The notes below the pieces were generated by a model that was given only the letters and a program-made list of their open reading frames with translations, had not been told where the DNA came from and did not search any database. Made by a program: the position numbers and the translations under genes. A DNA stretch of 64,000 nt from Schmidtea polychroa. Lineage: Eukaryota. Below, piece after piece: positions 28,401 through 40,559 of the stretch. Location: the NCBI GenBank assembly GCA_044892525.1, contig CM097886.1:76570001-76634000 (forward strand), written 5' to 3'. The first letter of the stretch is position 1. Every line of letters begins with the position of its first letter.

Positions 28401-31400
28401 TCAGAAGCGGCTCGGTAAGCAGAGGGAGCAGTCGATGGTACAGATATGTCGTCGAATGGAGCTTACATGGTTATATGTACGGCAGTTAAATCAAACACTA
28501 GAAACTATCGTGAAGTTTCGAGTAGAGGATCAGGGGATAATTCACGATCTGAGAACAAGCAGATCCTGGAACTGCGAGCAGGCGCTCACATAAATACTGG
28601 AGTCAGTCGCGTTCCGACCTAATCCGAGAATGAATTATTCCCAGACAACTTTTAGGGGTGCCAGTAGCTAAAAAGGTTAAGAACTATTGATATTTATTAT
28701 TTTATTATTTTTTACTTTAATTATATTAAATATTTTTAATTATTTGTTTATTTTATTTAATTTTTTTAATTTAATTATTTAATTATTTATTACATTAATT
28801 ATTTTTAATTATTTATTTAATTTTTTAAAATTAATTATTTTATTATATTTATTTTAATGACATTTAATATTTTAATTTTTTATTTAAAATTTATTAATTA
28901 ATAGATTTTACTATTTTTATATTTATTTCTTAATTTTTTTTAACTATAATAAATATTTTTAATTATTTGTTTTATTATATTTTAATAATTACCATTATTT
29001 TTTTAAAATGCATTTTAACATATCTAATTTGCATCTACTCAATACTGTTAGATTTTGTTCTTAATGCGAAGAAATGTTTATTAGCAATACAACTATAGTA
29101 GATTAGTTTTTAATGCAACGAACATCTATTGTTATTTTGGTACTTCTCTGATATACCGCAGCTGGAAAAGTTATTTTTTATGAAATATAAATTTGCATCA
29201 TCACCTAAAATACTCATAAGACCGTTACTAACACAAACAGAATATATTCTGACAGGATTATTTTCGAAAATTATCGATTAATTTCTTTTACCCTTGAATT
29301 ATTTAAAGAAGTTAAAGAATTATTTGAAGAAATTAAAGAAATTTTCGTGGTTTTGATTGGTGGCGCCCAACCGCGATTGAAAAAAAATTCTAAAAAAAAT
29401 CTATGTAGCTATCAAGGTTTATTTATATCTGTGTGCGGCCTCCTATGAAATGATCTATCTAGTTATTCTAAATATGTGGCACTAGCCTACATTTGTATGC
29501 TGTGACACTGCGGAATGCGACTACTTAGTCTAGAAAATAGATGCTCACGCAACTTTGTCATTTAGGATACCTCAGCCTCGGCTTTCAGCTGCTTATTTCA
29601 TTTCGTATAGGATATTGTGATGTGAAAATATCGTGACAGATTATTTTAACTGAATTATTTTAATCATTTTGTGTAAACTTTTTGAAAAGATATCTAAAAA
29701 CTAACACCAAGGTAAGTGGATAGTTCAATAATTTGTAATAAAATATACCAAACATCTTTGATTTTTGTAATTGTAATTATCTGTCTATGATACAAATGGA
29801 GAATACTTTTTAGCTACGTATGTATAAACGTATATCAAATATCCCAAAAGAGAAATATGCCTTTGGAAGTTTATACATCTAAGAAGCAAAAAAGGTGTGT
29901 ACGTGGAAAAGCAAAACAGGTTATATATTGATGAAGTTCAAAGCATATTTGGATCCATCTTCAAATATGTTACAAAAACTGATATTACCCAAAGTTCATC
30001 AAAAGAAACAGATTCTAATTCTTACGTTGATGTAAGGAATGATTAAAATAACAGCGACATTACAAAAATGACAACAATCCATGAAAAAGACGAATCACCA
30101 TGGAAAAAGGTAATAATATGAATAAATCATTAACTATGCGGGGCTTGAGAAACGTCTCACATTGGAGTATACCCGTTTCTAACTATGTTTGAATTGAAAT
30201 CATAAACAAAGGAAGTGAACATTTCCAAAACAGAGCAGGACCATTTAGACCTGTATCTAGGTACTGATTAAATACTAAAGGCAATGATCGACATCTTTCA
30301 AAAGAATTGTTTTATAAAATGCCTGATGGTGAAAATATTCTGCGATCGTGGATGGTTTACTCTTCTATCACTAAAAATCTGTACTGCTTCTATTGCGTTT
30401 GTTTGCTGCCACCAATAGCACTAATATACAAGATCTGCATTTGTGACTGGATTTCAGAAGTGGTGAAAACTAAATCCTAAAGTGACCGACCATGAAACCT
30501 CAAATGAACATCTGGAAATTGTTGAAAAGTTGAAAAAACTTTAGAAATGAAGCTAAAATTGAAGAAAACAATAGATGACACTGCCTTGCAATTAATTGAT
30601 ACTGAAAAACAGAAGTGGAAGGGTCTTTTATCCAAATTTTTAGATTTAACTTTGTTTCTGGTTAAACAAAACCCAGCATTTCGTTGAAGGAGAAGGCTCT
30701 ACAAATAAAGGCAACTTTTTAGAACTAGTCAAACTACTTTCAATGTATGATGTAGTGCTGAAAGAACACATCTTGAATTTGAAGCATGGTAAATCATCAA
30801 AAGTATAATATCGCCAGATATATAAAATGAATTCATAAGTGTTTTATCGAACAATGTAAAATGTAAACTTGTCAACAAGATTAGCAAAATATTTGGTGGC
30901 CGGACAAAATGTCACGGACAAAATGTCGTGGACAAAATGTTATGTGGACAAAATGTCACGGACAAAATGTCATGGACAAAATGTCATGGACCAAATGTCA
31001 TGGACAAAATGTAATAGACACAATGTATTGGACAAATTCTGGGTTGGGAATGACTATACAATGTTTTGCCATTCTATATCCTTGTTTTACAAGCCGACAC
31101 CAAAGTTCAATCGGCCGGCCGAATGAAGACGGCCACACGGGGTCCACATCTACAACCGCACGTTGTACAGTGGACATGTGTACACATAATTATATAGTAT
31201 CACCCATCCCAAATCAATAAACGCACAGACTGCGAGCCTTCGCAGTAGGGGAGAAAAGAAAACAATTAAGCAGAGGGCAAAATTCAATGGAAAAAGTCCC
31301 CACTGCGGAGTTTTAGAGCATCGTTCTTAAAATTTCCCAAAACTTTGGTTTGACACTTTTTTGGGCATACAAATTCACCTTGGCCTTCGCAATAAAGTCC

Positions 31401-31707
31401 TCAGGGATAAACAAATTAACAAAAGTACATACTAAGAAACCAACCAACAATCAACCAGCCACACTCCAAATAACTTGTGTTACTTCAAAATATAGAAAAA
31501 TGTATGGTATGTTATACTGTATCAGCTGAAAATGTAAAGGTAACAAGATTTGTGATTAAAAATTTGGTCATTCATTTATTTTTGTAAAGCCAGATAAACA
31601 TATTGAAGTTGTTAGTTATAAATTCAATTAATTTAAAATTTGGTAAATGATTTTTAATTGGCATTTTGATATAAAATTTTAGAAAAACATTTTTTAGAAC
31701 GACCATC

Positions 31708-32259
31708 ATGTTAGAATTTATCACTTCACAGAAGGGAACTAGAAAACTAGTAGTATTAGGATATTTATTTACAAATAACTCTGAAGGCAGTGATGGCAAG
31801 GAATACTGGCGTTGTGAGATAAGAACACGTAGGGCACGTTCATTAAAAAACGATAGAAAATATTATTCTATATCAAATCAAAGTAAAAGAAGACGTGGAA
31901 ATTCTAGAAACAAAGAAAGAAAACGTAGAAGTTCTTCAAATAATAAAAGAAGGCGCAGGGATGGCTCTCGTGAAAGCAATAAACGTGAAAGAAATCGATC
32001 TAACGACAGAAAATATAGAGATAGGTCTAGAAATAGAGAGAATAAATATAAATCTCTTGAAAGGTCACGTTCTATAGATAGAAGAGGTAGAGGTAGAAGA
32101 CAAAGAGATTCTTCAAATGATAGTAGAAGAAGGAATCGAAATGACAATTATTCTCGTAGAAACAGATCAGATAGTCGAAGCAAATATTATGCAGCTGATG
32201 TTAAGGAGATACAAAAGACGCCAGAACTGTTAACGTGTGGCAGCTTTCTAACTGAGTGA
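31708..32259 (+). CDS. FLYWCH N-terminal half fused to an inserted Arg/Ser-rich sequence
   Basis: MLEFITSQKG..KLVVLGYLF..YWRCE, then an RS-rich tract; the FLYWCH HNH resumes ~32325 in another frame. Confidence 0.6.
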   Translation: MLEFITSQKGTRKLVVLGYLFTNNSEGSDGKEYWRCEIRTRRARSLKNDRKYYSISNQSKRRRGNSRNKERKRRSSSNNKRRRRDGSRESNKRERNRSNDRKYRDRSRNRENKYKSLERSRSIDRRGRGRRQRDSSNDSRRRNRNDNYSRRNRSDSRSKYYAADVKEIQKTPELLTCGSFLTE

Positions 32260-32424
32260 GAAATACAATGAAATGTATTTCTTCAATGTATTCTTCAATA
32301 TTCTTCAAACTCCTTGAAATTGGTGTTCACAATCATACTGTAATTCATGGTCGAGTTACTGTTAAAGCAACACGCTGCAGTATGAAAGGAAGAGCTGAAG
32401 AAACAGAGGAAGCAAACCGGTCGA

Positions 32425-33495
32425 TTGTCCATAACGAACTGCTCAACATTCCGGATACAGCAGCTCATCTACTTCCGAGCAGACAGTCACTGTCGTCATC
32501 GTCAGAAGGCTGGACTAAACGATTTTCAGGATATAACAGTGTATTCTCAGACACAAAGTGGTCAACCTTTTCTTCGAATTGAAAGAGACGCGATGCTCAT
32601 CTTTGCTTCCGATGATGATCTACATTTCCTCTCTAGATGTGATCATTGGTTTGCCGACGGAACATTCAGAGTCACTCCGTCTGGATTCGATCAGCTTTAT
32701 ACCATCCATGGTTTCGTCAACGGTGAAGTTTATCCAGCAGTTTATGCCTTGTTAACTGCGAGAACTGAATATATCTATCAACGTTTCCTGCAAGAAATCA
32801 TGACCTTGAAACCTGATCTCAATCCAGTCTCGCTTGTCGTCGATTTTGAGCTGGCTTCAATTCGAGCTTTTCAGCACACATTTCAAGCAGCAACCGTCAC
32901 TGGATGCATGTTTCATTTTGGTCAGTGTGTTTGGAGAAAGTTACAATCAGAGGGTTTATCTGCAAAATATCGAGATGAACCCAATTTTGCACTTCGTGTC
33001 AAACGTCTTCTCGCCCTAGTATTTGTTCCAATCCCAGAAGTCATTGAAGTTTATGAAAGTCTGACAGCGGATCCAACATACCGTGACCTCGATGTTATCT
33101 GTGATTACATGGAGGATAACTTCATCAGTAGAGAAAGGAGGGGAATCAAAAGACAGCCCATATTCCCAATAGAACTTTGGAACCAATATTTGAGAGTCAT
33201 TCACAACTTGCCACGCAGCAACAGCAACATCGAAGGGTGGCACAACGCTTTCAACAATGTTGTTGGTTTTGCCCACACAATACCGACAAAACTTGCGCGC
33301 AAACTGCAACAAAAACAACACAGCACCCAACTACTGCGTCGTCAATTGGAATTAGGTATGCCGACGGGAAAGAAGAAGAAAATGTACATCCGCATAAACG
33401 ATGCACTACACACTATGGTCTCATACTACGTCAATCGAGACCCAGTAACATATCTGGGTGATGTTGCACGTGTTCTAAATATCAACGTCGTATAA
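32425..33495 (+). CDS. MULE DDE transposase (catalytic region)
   Basis: WFADGTFRVTP, QLYTIHG, VVDFELA, GCMFHFGQCVWRK, SNSNIEGWHNAFN. Confidence 0.92.
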   Translation: MSITNCSTFRIQQLIYFRADSHCRHRQKAGLNDFQDITVYSQTQSGQPFLRIERDAMLIFASDDDLHFLSRCDHWFADGTFRVTPSGFDQLYTIHGFVNGEVYPAVYALLTARTEYIYQRFLQEIMTLKPDLNPVSLVVDFELASIRAFQHTFQAATVTGCMFHFGQCVWRKLQSEGLSAKYRDEPNFALRVKRLLALVFVPIPEVIEVYESLTADPTYRDLDVICDYMEDNFISRERRGIKRQPIFPIELWNQYLRVIHNLPRSNSNIEGWHNAFNNVVGFAHTIPTKLARKLQQKQHSTQLLRRQLELGMPTGKKKKMYIRINDALHTMVSYYVNRDPVTYLGDVARVLNINVV

Positions 33496-34807
33496 CGTTT
33501 CATTATAATTTTTACTAAAACCTATTTATACTTTTGATTTAACAAAACATTTTAACTTGTTTTTAAAAAACAATCAAGTATTGTATAAATGTTATTACTT
33601 TGAACCATTTGGCACATTCATTTATCCTTTTGCTTCTTTGCATGCTACTAGATGTGAGGTTCAAAAATAACAGTTCAATTAAATTTGTTTTAAATAAATG
33701 GTATAGTTAATCTTGATTATTAAGACAGAGACTGAGATATCTATTTTACAACTGCTGCTGCACGAATCAGCTTATTTTACACACGACAATATCGCCAGAA
33801 CATGTTGGCTAGAACATTTTGAGTAGGAAATTTTGACCACGACATTTTGTCCACGAAATTTCGTCCCGTGACATTTTGTCCTAGAACCAAATATTTCAGT
33901 GTCATATTTGATAGCACACCCGATATTTCACATGTTTATCAAATGTCTGAAGTGATTCGTTTTGTGAAAATTGATAATAGAAAAGTGGAAGTATTCCTTG
34001 GATTTATTCACTTAAAAGGAAAAAGAGCCGCTGATCTTATTGATAAAATTCTTAGGCTTAGATATTATAATGTGTTCTTCTCAAGGCTATGAAAATGCAG
34101 TTATTGTGAGCGGGATACATGGAGGAGTACAAGCCATTAATAAAACAAAAAAAACTGTATTTTGTGTATCTTTTCTTACATTTTTTACATTTTTTTCTGC
34201 TTCCACTAGCCGCTGGCAAGTGCTTATTAAAGACTTTTTCAACAACGCGTTGGAAAGCTCATTGTGCTGCAATAAAATTATTAGCAATTTTTGATGAGTT
34301 TGTGATTGCAATTTGGAAATTAAATGATCAACAAGAGAATGTAGACACCAGAGGTATATAATGTCACATTTTTCTGTGTTACCTTTTCATTTAGAATGAT
34401 ATATTAATATATAGCGCTCATATAACGCATCAATAAAATATTTGCTAGATTTTGATAATTTTAAAAATTTATAAAAAAAATTAATTTTTTTTAATTTTAA
34501 AAAATAATTTTGAATATTTTTTTTTAATTTTTAAAAATTTTTTTTGAATTTTTTGTGTGATAATTTCAGGCAATTTTAAAAATATTTTTAATCTGATCAA
34601 TATTCATTAAACTCGTATTTAAAATTAGTCATATTGATTGATAAATATTGTTGGGTATTTTGTGCAAGTCGGTATTACTGTCTGACTCCTTTGTGTTCTT
34701 TTCGAAATTAAATAAACAACCCAACACAAAATCTTTATTTGAGACTAATACACTTTTATTAATTCAATCACACTTGATACAACCCTTTTTTGTCTAATAC
34801 TAATACT

Positions 34808-34937
34808 NNNNNNNNNNNNNNNNNNNNNNNNNNNNNNNNNNNNNNNNNNNNNNNNNNNNNNNNNNNNNNNNNNNNNNNNNNNNNNNNNNNNNNNNNNNNN
34901 NNNNNNNNNNNNNNNNNNNNNNNNNNNNNNNNNNNNN
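34808..34937. other. Assembly gap (N run)
   Basis: Run of N. Confidence 1.
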
Positions 34938-35555
34938 TTCGACTTTAGTCGAAATAATTCAATTTTTGATAAAAATAATATTTCATTAGCGGAGATAACT
35001 CAATTTTCCAAAAAGAAATTTTTATTTTTATTGTGAATTTGGTGTTTTTATTGATTTTTATCTCATTTTTGTGCCTCTCCTGTTGAACACCAACAATATG
35101 CTTCTTTTCCCAATATTTTAATTCTAAACATTTATGAAAAAATGTTTTTCAAATTGTAAGCTTTTTTAAAATTTTAAAATTTTTATTTTAGTTTAAATTT
35201 TTAGCATGTTGTGTGGAAAAATATATGAATTAACAGATTTTTTATTTTTAGTTATAATCTAATTTAGAAGTTTATTGATTTCTACAGATTTGATTTTGAT
35301 TAGTTATAGGTTTGAATAATGTTCATATCAGAATTATAAATACTATAATTGTTTTCATTTGAATTTGATTTTGTAGCTAAAATCAAATTATTGCATAGAC
35401 TCATCCATCAATAGATGCTAATTTTGATGTTATACGTTGATTGTTAATCATATTGGAAATTCTTCGTTTTCAAAATTTAATAATTGTGAATATATATCAA
35501 AATTAGTGCAACTGTAATAATGCATGATAAAGTAAAACTTTTTGTTAAGAAAAAT

Positions 35556-35879
35556 TTAAAACTTATTATTATTAAATAAATATTGAACTTTAAAATCATT
35601 TACCTCTCTATAATAGAAACCAGATTTTGCCAAAATTTTTATTTGACAGTCATTGAAAATCTCGGAATTTCCAAATGAATTAATACGTTCTGACTCTTTG
35701 CGATATTTCTCATCATAAACTTTCATTTTGCTATAATCAACTTTTCGCTTAATAAAATTTTCCGGATTTGCAAAAATATTTCGATAATGTATAAGATTTG
35801 CAGCGGTCGGTGTTTGACAAACTTTGTACGAAGAAATTGACATTATTAAAATATTCGAGTTTTCAGAATGATCCATCAA
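35556..35879 (-). pseudogene. BIR N-terminal half (IAP-like exon or fragment)
   Basis: ESERINSF...ILAKSGFYYRE followed by a donor-like GAG|gtaaat; no CxxC/H/C half found. Confidence 0.35.
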
Positions 35880-36479
35880 AGATGAAACTATTTTAAAAAT
35901 TTTAAATTTAAAAATTTAATAATTGCAATTTTTTAACATAGTATACTTTATATCTTTCGTATTTTAAAATAATATTTAAACATAATATACATTGGTATTA
36001 GTAAAACACTAGTTTATCATCTTATTTTATTTACTTAATTAATTAAAATTGATTTATTAAATAATAAAGTTATGTTTAAATTTAGTTTAGATAACTGATT
36101 ATTTGATATTGCAACTCATGAACAGAAACCACAATATAAAAAAGGTTGGTTATTAACTGTGCACATAAATTTATTAATAGGAAGGATAAACTAACTGTGC
36201 CCATAACACAATTTAAAGTGTATCACACATTGTGCTAAAAAAAAATTAAACAAGTGCTCAAAATTTTACAAAAGTGTGCTTAAAAACATCTTTTATCCAC
36301 AGGAAATTAATTTTAAGTAAGTGAAAAAACACCTTATTTTTTAAGGATTTGAACACTTGAAGTTCGATTGTTGCCATTGTCGATTGGCAATTATCAATAT
36401 ATTATAATGTGTCACCATTTTTTTGTACGACATCCCTTTCGGTATTGAAGGGTCATTCAATTAAAAATCTTATTAGAAA

Positions 36480-37230
36480 AAGATCATGTGATCAACCCTA
36501 GATAATGACTGTCGCCATAATTTTATTTACTACTTGCAGGCTTTCAAACACGAATTGAAAATCTTCTTGTCTTTTATTTGCGCATACTAAAATTCCAAAT
36601 GGATGAAACACTTTATCCATGGCACTGATTCCAAATTAGTATGTAAGTGCTATCTGCATGAATGAACTTTACTGTTTATGAGATTGATAACAAGCGCTAG
36701 TGATTTTGAATTTGACCCTTTTAAAGTTTGAAGAAAGTTAAAAGTTGTCTATCATTTGGAATTTCAATTTCAGCATCTAAGAGCTTCTCTTTAAACAAAT
36801 TCTGGTTGATGAGCTTCGGTTTCTTGACTCCAAGTTGACAAAGCTTTTTGATGGCTTCTTTTGTTGCTGAATCAATCCCTCTTTTGGTTTGGTTTTCTAA
36901 GATTTCGTCATGATTGTGATTGCAGGTGGTTTCAAAGTGGACAACACCATGTTTGTCACTGTTCATAACAATCCCTGTAGCGTTTCTTGTATTCTGGTAT
37001 TATTGCTGTGGTTTTGTTGAGAGGTTGCAAAGGTCCTTTGTTGGTTTGAATTTTGTTGTTAGAAGGGTTGTGTGTTGCTTGGTTGTTGTATTGATATGGT
37101 TTAAATCTGCGAATGTTTATTCTGACTTTTTGTTATTTATTTGTAGTGTACTCATATTTTTGTTCAGATCGATTAGTTTGTCGGGGTCCTTCGTATCTTG
37201 ATTCAAAACCGCTGGTGTAAGGAATTTTTA
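36480..37230 (-). mobile_element. Second MULE transposase remnant
   Basis: CNHNH, FIHADSTY.LIW, MDKVFHPFGILVC, IMGDS motifs, with stops and frameshifts. Confidence 0.7.
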
Positions 37231-38169
37231 TTAGTACTGTATCGACGATTAATTTTGGTTGTTTACTTTTGTCGTCTTTTGTTTTTTGACAATGTAAGTG
37301 TTTTACGATTTTCCAAATAATTTATATTAACGAGTGCTGACTGTAATTATCAAAAAAATTATAATAAATAACTTAGTTGGGGTATAACATAGGTAATGTT
37401 CTAGGCCCCTAAGCGGTAGTTCATCATTCAATTGTAACGTGTCAAGCGTGACGTAGTTTAGGGGTTAGTCTGGTGCGAGTGCGCCAAAATGTATGCTTTG
37501 TCTAGGGCGCCATTTTGGCTAGGGCCGGCCTTGAATAATAATAAACATCAATATCTTTACTGATTCATAGTTAATTTTTTACTAAATTCAATGTCAATTG
37601 AAAAGAAATTAGAGGTGAAAATTGAAAGAAGCTCTTATAAGAAAAATAATAATATTAATATTAAAAAAATGGATTTAACTATAGTAAAAGCTGAAAGTTT
37701 CTCAACTAAAATGTGCAATTACATTGCTCCTAATATTATTTATATTTAGTTAAATTCTCCACATATATTACTGGTGGGTTACTGGTGGTTGAATGATTGA
37801 GTGCTGTTACCAGCGTAACCCAAAATACAACATTGTTTTTCCGCTTGGTACCCGTTGAGTGATCAACGTTGGTACTGTACCAAGGGTTGAGTACTCGCAA
37901 AAAGTGAGCGCATCAAAGCACTATAGTTGTCGAGTACTCCGTGGGTTCACGGACTACCGATAGAAGGTGTGTGTCCGATTTCTCAGGTCCCTTTATCAAA
38001 ATTGTTTTCCCAACCTTATGCACAAACTCTCATTTCCCAGGCAATCATAAACTGTACTAGTCATTATTTTATCACTACGAAACGTGCAGTATTTTAACAA
38101 GGAACATATTATTTGAAGACTACCACAATACATAAAAATACTACAAAACACCTAAAACCGAATATAAGT

Positions 38170-38673
38170 TCAAACAGGCTTATTGGTAGGACTGGCCAAT
38201 TCCGTCGCAGCTGCTAGTGACGAATTTGCTTGTCGCTCGTATTCGGCCAGTCTAGCTTTCTTCAATTTTTCCCGAATATTTCGGCCTAACCGCTTTCTTT
38301 TGGGTTTCTCTTTCGCGGCCGGGGGGTATATTGCTGCTAGTTCCACGGTCAACGGCCGGATTTGGCTTATGGCGGCTCCGTGAACTACTTGTTCATTACG
38401 TTCGGTTTTTAACGCGCGGAGCTGGAGTTTCAGTGCCCGGATCTCCATCTGATCCTGCGCAGCTTGAGTCTGCAGTTGAAGGACCTGCGCCACCTTCTTT
38501 TTCATATCCTCGGGACTAAACCAGGTGCTTTCTAGTTCCCGGCACCGTCCCTTGAGCTTGTCTACTCGTATGCGGAGCTCCTCGGACTGTTTTTGAGCTT
38601 CTGCCCTATCTCTTCGCAGATTTTCCAATAGTTTGAACACTAGATAAATTCAACGATTATATTCTTGCAGCAT
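38170..38673 (-). CDS. Coiled-coil, basic (NLS-like) accessory protein; in-frame TGA at codon 8
   Basis: aatag-t-ATG at 38673; MLQEYNR*IYLV is in frame with the 156-aa ORF; KPKRKRLGRNIREKLKKAR. Confidence 0.55.
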
Positions 38674-38849
38674 ACTATTCATTCAATTATAAAATAAAAT
38701 CAATATTATAAATAAACATAGTTTCGGATGTTAAGCACGCAATACACAAGATGATTTATTAAAAGGACTGAAATAATTATCACTAAAATCAAAGTTTAAT
38801 AAAGTCACAACTGAATGATAATTTGCAAAAACAAAATTTTGACGATGAG

Positions 38850-39215
38850 TCAGTTCAGTCGCTTGCGAGGCCTTCCCCTCTTCCGCGGGGTTGCCTCGGC
38901 CTCTTCTAGGTCCTCCACGGTTTTTCCCTCTTTTTCTGCTTGGATTTGTAGCTCGATCTTCTTGAGTCGCATCTGAGCTGCTTCTACCTCGATGGCCGCT
39001 CGGTCGCGGGCCTCTTGCAAAAAATCGTTTGTGGGCTCTGTTTTTACCCACGCCGGAGCGTCCGGCTCCGGCCCACTCCTGATTACTGGGCCAAAGTTGT
39101 CGAGGTCCAAACCCCGATTCCAATCATGGATACGGTGCCATATGTACCGTGTACGGAGTCTGGTAAGCATCTGTCGGTCGGCTTCTTCGTGGCTATCGCT
39201 GTCAGAGTAGGACAT
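38850..39215 (-). CDS. 121-aa AT-hook/coiled-coil protein
   Basis: ATG preceded by attattttgtag-aa; C-terminal RKRGRPRKR AT-hook; VKTE SUMO consensus. Confidence 0.65.
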   Translation of the reverse strand: MSYSDSDSHEEADRQMLTRLRTRYIWHRIHDWNRGLDLDNFGPVIRSGPEPDAPAWVKTEPTNDFLQEARDRAAIEVEAAQMRLKKIELQIQAEKEGKTVEDLEEAEATPRKRGRPRKRLN

Positions 39216-40164
39216 TTCTACAAAATAATAATCAAGCCCCTCTATACTGATTGAGATACGACGTCAACCACAAGAGTTTGTTGACCCTTTTTCCCTAAAA
39301 AAAAAATATTTTATTTTAAGACTAACATCTATAAGCTTAGGAGCAGTGGAATAAGATTTCCTACTTTATCAAAACAAACACAAAAAAAAAAAGGAATTCC
39401 GTCAAAATTCGTTTGTTTAAATTAATCATTTCCATTCAAAATTTTGTTTACCACTGAGTGGTAATTTTAATTACTATTTATAAATTTTAATTTATATGTT
39501 AATAAAATGTGAATTTTTTTTTAGATCGTCATTTTTAGGCCACTAAATTCGGGCACGCTGGGGCGACAGGTACTAGCAACGAACTAAGCTCTTCGTCTGC
39601 TTACCTTTCCTTCGGTTGTGCTCGTTATGAGTGGTTTGCTCTACATGCAAGTAATTTATTTGATTTTTCTACTTCCTTATTTTTTAGGCGATAACATTAG
39701 GAACCTCGATCGAGTAAGGGGAATATATTAGCTTGGAGTAGTCTTCCCATAGTTCTTCCCAGGGAATGACATTTCATGCCCAATATTTGATTTGGACCCG
39801 CAATTTGTCCCTCGCAGAAAATTGGAAATTTTTCGGGAATATTTGTATTCTGTATGTAGGTAAATCTCTGCGAATTATGGCTTATTTATTCAATTGCATG
39901 GTTCGCCGGAGTCATCCTCACCATCTCCTGGAAACTCTTGATTGTCATAGCCCCGTCTTGAATTTTTCCTTAAGGTTTCTCTGGGGGGGGGGGGTGTTGC
40001 TAAATATAGATTTTCAGTTAGGAACGTTTTTATTGGGCAAAAGAATTGACTCCAAATCTAGATATGGGGAAAAATCAATAATTGATTTTTTGCTTTCCTA
40101 GTAAGTAATACTAATTATGATCATAACCGTAAAAATGGAGATAACGAGGATAACAAATGATCGT

Positions 40165-40310
40165 AGTGGTAATAATAATAATAGTAATAGTCATAATAAC
40201 AATAATGATAATAATAATAATGAGAATAATAAGGATAGTAATAAGAACAATAATAGCAATAATAATAGTAATAATGATAATGGCAACAATAATAATAATA
40301 GTGATAATAT
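40165..40310. repeat. (AAT)n-like degenerate microsatellite
   Basis: aataataatagtaat... run. Confidence 0.85.
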
Positions 40311-40559
40311 AACTTTATATTTTACCATTCGTATTTTGGCTTTCACCATTTAGGGATTCATATTTTATGAGTTCGAAGGTTACATTTTGCACTTTACAGG
40401 TTTTCGTCTACGATTTTCAATTTTTTATCTTACAGTTTATAAATTCATACTTTAGAAGTTCTCATCATACACTTTATAATTTATAAATTGTTTATTTAAC
40501 ATTTTACCATTTTATATTTTTTACTTCCTAATTTTCTATTTTCAGATTTATAGTTTCAT

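Larger units (their letters stand above)
30895..33888 (+). mobile_element. MULE (Mutator-like, FLYWCH) DNA transposon
   Basis: Ends ggtggccggacaaaatgtcacgg / rc ggttctaggacaaaatgtcacgg; tandem ggacaaaatgtc subterminal repeats; 8-bp TSD aaatattt. Confidence 0.92.
29820..34360 (+). mobile_element. Decayed hAT (ZMYM-type) transposase interrupted by a MULE
   Basis: RSWMVYS...LYCF, KGNFLELVKLLSMYDVVLKEH; AKYF|SVIFDSTPDISH is split exactly at the MULE insertion; downstream GIHGGVQA, STTRWKAH. Confidence 0.8.

Noticed and set aside
30869-31220. ORFs with TKCHGQNV repeats; array superficially CRISPR-like
   Set aside because: Translations of MULE subterminal 12-13-bp repeats; no unique spacers, eukaryotic context
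38731-39123. 130-aa ORF overlapping the AT-hook gene in another frame
   Set aside because: No acceptor-ATG signature; likely a shadow of GC-rich coding sequence
39283-39297. AGGGAAAAAGGG (minus strand) as PPT of the giant element
   Set aside because: Followed by TCAAC, not TG
39983-39999. G12-TGTTG resembling a plus-strand PPT and LTR start
   Set aside because: Opposite orientation to the element; no matching plus-strand coding region or PBS found
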